DNA from: Cirrosporium novae-zelandiae
Lineage: Eukaryota
Direction of reading: 5' to 3'
DNA length: 52,310 nucleotides
NCBI GenBank assembly: GCA_026023565.1
Contig: JAPETS010000076.1
Location: 1 to 52,310, forward strand
The notes under the pieces were generated by a model. It ran no database searches, was not told the DNA's origin, and saw only the letters and a list, made by a program, of their open reading frames with translations. Of the stretch, positions 48,231 through 52,310 are shown in pieces (the stretch's first letter is position 1; every line of letters starts with the position of its first letter). A program made the translations under genes and the position numbers.

Positions 48231-48838
48231 CTGTCACGGTTAAGGGGTTAAGCTGAAGGGTGGGAATATAAAAGCGCTTAAAACCTTAAGCGGGTGACGG
48301 TTAAAACCGTCGTCAATTATGGAGTTTAGCAACAAGTCATCGAATTATCCCAGACTGACCTCCGAGGTGCCCTTGTAGTACAAGCCACATGCTTCACTTT
48401 GCCTATAGATAGCAGAGCTCAGGTCTTAGATCTTCGAGACCAGTCACCATACACCATACGGTTATGTACCAAGATTTCATAAAGCTCCTATCCTAGGTAT
48501 CATAACACTCCCAGAACCGCAGATCCCGCGGTTAGATATTAAACAATGAATTCTAGTTATTGTTATGTTTAAAATGCCTTCGCATGAATATTACTAGCAG
48601 AGGTCCAATATAAGGATTATGATAAGTTACATGATTCTTTATAGGCAAGACTATATGCTTTAAATCCTTTGTTGGCTCGTGTCTAGCTCACAATTTTATC
48701 TTTAGTCCAAACCCCCAGTCGTACAAAGACACCTCGAAGATCAGTTTGGGATAATTAAATGATTTGTTTCCCAAGCTCTACGATGACGGTTTTGAGCGGT
48801 TAACTTCACCCTTCAGCTTAACCCCTTAACCGTGACAG
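48231..48838. mobile_element. 608-bp non-autonomous element with perfect 32-bp terminal inverted repeats (MITE-like)
   Basis: CTGTCACGGTTAAGGGGTTAAGCTGAAGGGTG (48231-48262) and its exact reverse complement (48807-48838). Subterminal inverted match AAAACCGTCGTC / GATGACGGTTTT. No internal ORF and no clear TSD. Confidence 0.8.
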
Positions 48839-49282
48839 CTTAGCATCTGTAACGGGAAGGATTTATAGTCTACCCCCAACAATTCTTATAACCAGCAAGC
48901 TAGCCGCTCATATACAAGATACTATTGCAGTATATGGAAGTAATTATAGCATTGGTTACGTCGAAGGGTTTTGACTTTGGACCAATTGCTACAATGCCTC
49001 AGGTATACATCAGATCAGGTGGCCTTAGGAGCCCTGTGTGCCCAATTCAATTCAAGTCAATTGGCATAATGTAGTAGAGATTTCTGCTTTCTGCTTCTAG
49101 CTAATCCATGAGGTTTATGAGTATCAAGATGGACAGGTACACTGAGACCATCATAAGGCTGTTGGTCGTTAAAGGCTCGACTTTAAACACCATTCTCCTT
49201 TCTCCTTTTGCGATCTTTATTCACTTTTTTTCAAATATATTTCCCTTTAGCCACCAGTTTAATTGAAATCTGTTCACATATC

Positions 49283-52278
49283 ATGTCTCATGGATTTTCC
49301 AAGTTAGCTTTTAGAAAAGAAGGGAATGCTAGGGGGGAAGTTGTTTACGGTGAAGCAACCGACCCTTTACTCCCTGATAGATGGAGCAGGGTATTCGACA
49401 GAGAATGTGAATCATTATTATGGGTCGTTCGTTTCCGCACAAGATACCCTTATCCGATTCTCTCCTATTATAGACACACTTCGTCCATCAGGCTTAACCC
49501 CTCAAGATCAGCATGCACCAACTCCACACCAAATCCCCAGAGCCAAACAGACAATCCAAACGTGAGTTCCATACCGCTAACAAGGAATAACTATGAGGAA
49601 ACTCGATTTGCAAGTCTGAAGCTCTTGGGTGACTGGTTCTAGAAGCGGATCTAGCGCATCCTAAAGCACACATTTTCAGGACATAGTAGCCAAAGAGAGG
49701 GGTTTCCTTGCACTTTTGTTTGGCAACTTCAGTAATCATATTCCTTGTCAATCTTACAAGCACGATACTTTTGAAGACTAAATGGGGCTCAGTTGATGAT
49801 ATTGAAACGATACATCAAGGAAATTGTTTCAGCATTCAAAAAGTTAGTTTGGGACTGCACCTTATTATTAATGCACTTAGCACCGCTCTTCTTGGTTGTT
49901 CAAACCTCTGCATGCAGCTTCTTTCAGCACCTACACGGCATGAAATTGACAAAGCTCATGCAAATCATCAATGGCTTCATATCGGAGTTCCTATTGTGCG
50001 AAATCTGAGATGCATTAGCTCGAAAAGGACCTCAGTTTGGGTTCTGCTTTGCTTTTCCTCACTACCTCTACATTTGGTGTGATTTGTCTTTTCAAGTCCA
50101 TAATTTGCATATTGTGAAACTGAGATATACTTCCTACTACGGGCAAGATACAATTCAGCTATATTTGCATCATTGGCAACAAATACCTACAGATGGGCGG
50201 TCGTGGCGCCCGGTTTCTCGGAAAACGGAGCCTGGGATATCAATATCACTGAAGAACAGAATGCCTTTAGGCATGATGATGTAATCTAGGGCATCTATCC
50301 ATCAATTAAAATGAACAATACACCCGCTTTTCGCCGTTCAGCAGGGTTGTATTTCAGTAATTATACCATTCCGATGAATGCTTCATCAGAGCTCTCAGCT
50401 ATGCAAGCAGGTGCAGTCAATAGATCAATGTATACCAAAATAGACAGAATCACCTGCTTACACCATTACTTGACCATCTTTGGCAACCGATCAGATCTGC
50501 TATTAGTGCCCCCCGAACCACACGACAGCAACAGCCCACTTTTATTGGCTGGTATTACTAGCACCATAGACTCGATCATGGGGCTTTGCCCTTCCAATTG
50601 GATGTGTGGTACTTCCAACAACTTTAGTTGTGCAGATGTTTCCAAGTTAAATGATGACGGAGATATCCTAGGTTGGAATATATATCTTTATCCAATCGAT
50701 TATTGCCTTCAGAGCCAAGTATCGACCGAAAATCCGTGTACCGTTGAGTTTTCATATTCCCTCATGATCAGTACGCCGGCGTTGCTAATTTTCATTCAAT
50801 CTATGGTTTATACAGCAGAAAGTACAACATGCTGATTTTGAATTTACAGTTGTATGTATCGCTAACTTCTGCAAGTACGCCTGCATCATGTTCACCCCAC
50901 GCCACTATTCCCGAGAGGACAATCCACTACTCGCCATTTATCGGAGATGCGGTGGCATCTTTTCTGAAAACCCCGGATCCTCACACCGAGGGATTATGTC
51001 TTGCACAAAGCCATGATTTTATTCGGCGGGGTGGAAGTGCGTGGGAGAGTCGACAGCTGCGTCCATAGCGGCCGAAAGAGATCCGCTAGCAGCAGAGCAG
51101 CGAACAAGATGAGATGGAGCAGCACCTTTTTACTGTGAGGAATCGACTTCAACGAAGCGATCACTATGGGTCGGTCGAGCTGATACGAGACGGTCTAGGT
51201 GTGCTATAGCAATTATCTTCGCCAAAACACTGAACTTTATTGCCCTCTATGCCTTGAAAACCGAAGGCCAACCCACAGACTTCGCTTCAATCATCAAAAT
51301 GGGATTCGGCACCATCAGCGATAGAATATTTGTAAAAGGCCTAAAACCCTCCAGACCCAGTAAATAATCAACTTTACAACTCTACCCCCCCCCCCCCCTC
51401 TTCATTCCCCCTTTCCTAATTACCCCCATCTTGATCTACTACTCTAGAACCTCAAATCCCTCTTACAGATACGTAATCCTCACCAACACCTAGCAAACTC
51501 CTCATTTCCCTAATCTATTTCTCCTCCTATAACGGCTTCTTCTCTCCTCTCCTCCTCGTCGCCAGGGAATGGACAGGCTACGCCAAGAACCCGCAAGCGT
51601 CTGCATCTATCTGCCCCTTGAGTGGAGAGATCCAACGATCCACACATATTTCGTATCTATATGCCCCCTTAAATTTGAGATTCTGTTGCTCGTTTCTATG
51701 AGTTTGTTACACTTCATTAGACGATAAGTCAGAGTATATTTATTGCCTGTCTTACCCTCGTATTATATCGTGATGGGGACACAGGATCTAGAGTAGCAAT
51801 ATGTCGATAAATAGATATTTTTTTTTTTTTTGCTACTTTTATCTGTAAAATTTAATTATTTTCACCATCCCTTTTTCCCTCTGTCTTTAGTTCCTAATCA
51901 AAATATTTCTCCTATTTAAATCCAAATCCCAATTTTTTATTAACACTTTTTTTTTTTTTTTCTATGGTTCTTATAACTAACTAAGCATCCTTCTAATTTT
52001 TACTCTTTGCTCCCTCGGCCTCCTCCCCCATTCCATCTCCCCAGCATGCCCCTAGCAGCAACCTGCAGCGCCTCATGCTATCTGCTGCTCCCAGGAGATA
52101 GAGAAGCATATCTGTTTCCTGTTATGTGGGGAGTTGTGAACAAAGGAGATGGGGAAGGGGGATGATGGGGAAAGAAGGCGGAGGGGGGGGGGGGTGGAAT
52201 ATTGTTCTTTTACAACTGCGAGTCTGCGAGGGGATATTGATATGCTAGCTGGTGATGGAGATGTTATTGTATGCTTGA
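49283..52278 (+). pseudogene. DUF6536-like multi-pass membrane protein pseudogene
   Basis: LHLIINALSTALLGCSNLCMQLLSAPTRHEIDKAHANHQWLHIG...RNL...SSLPLHL|YNSAIF, IDYCL, IGDAVASFLKTPDPHTEGLC and MPLAATCSA...PVMWGVV, ending LYA*. Multiple in-frame TAG stops (49640, 49652, 50287, 51066 and others) and frameshifts. Confidence 0.8.
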
Positions 52279-52310
52279 ATGGTTTATACGTACTGTATAT
52301 ACATATATAT

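Overview
Intron-rich filamentous ascomycete (Pezizomycotina) genomic DNA. Housekeeping genes (aldo-keto reductase, AA9 LPMO, RCF2, SEY1, FMN reductase, Pga1-like, alpha-tubulin, EDE1, WW-domain protein, VPS37-like) are interspersed with accessory or decaying genes: two paralogous Cys-rich + BIRC6-type E2 genes (one with a single in-frame TAG), two F-box-like genes, a SesB-type alpha/beta-hydrolase-ankyrin pseudogene and a DUF6536-like membrane protein pseudogene. Non-coding features missed by the ORF track are a dispersed, divergent 5S rRNA gene, a four-member box C/D snoRNA cluster (U45-like, snR41-, snR70- and snR51-like) in a non-coding host whose introns abut with zero-length exons (AG|GT), and a 608-bp element with perfect 32-bp terminal inverted repeats. 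The most striking structural observations are the abutting introns and apparent guide re-wiring in the snoRNA cluster and a clean ~234-bp inversion inside the hydrolase-ankyrin gene. Gene models were spliced by eye and family names come from remembered motifs, not from database searches.
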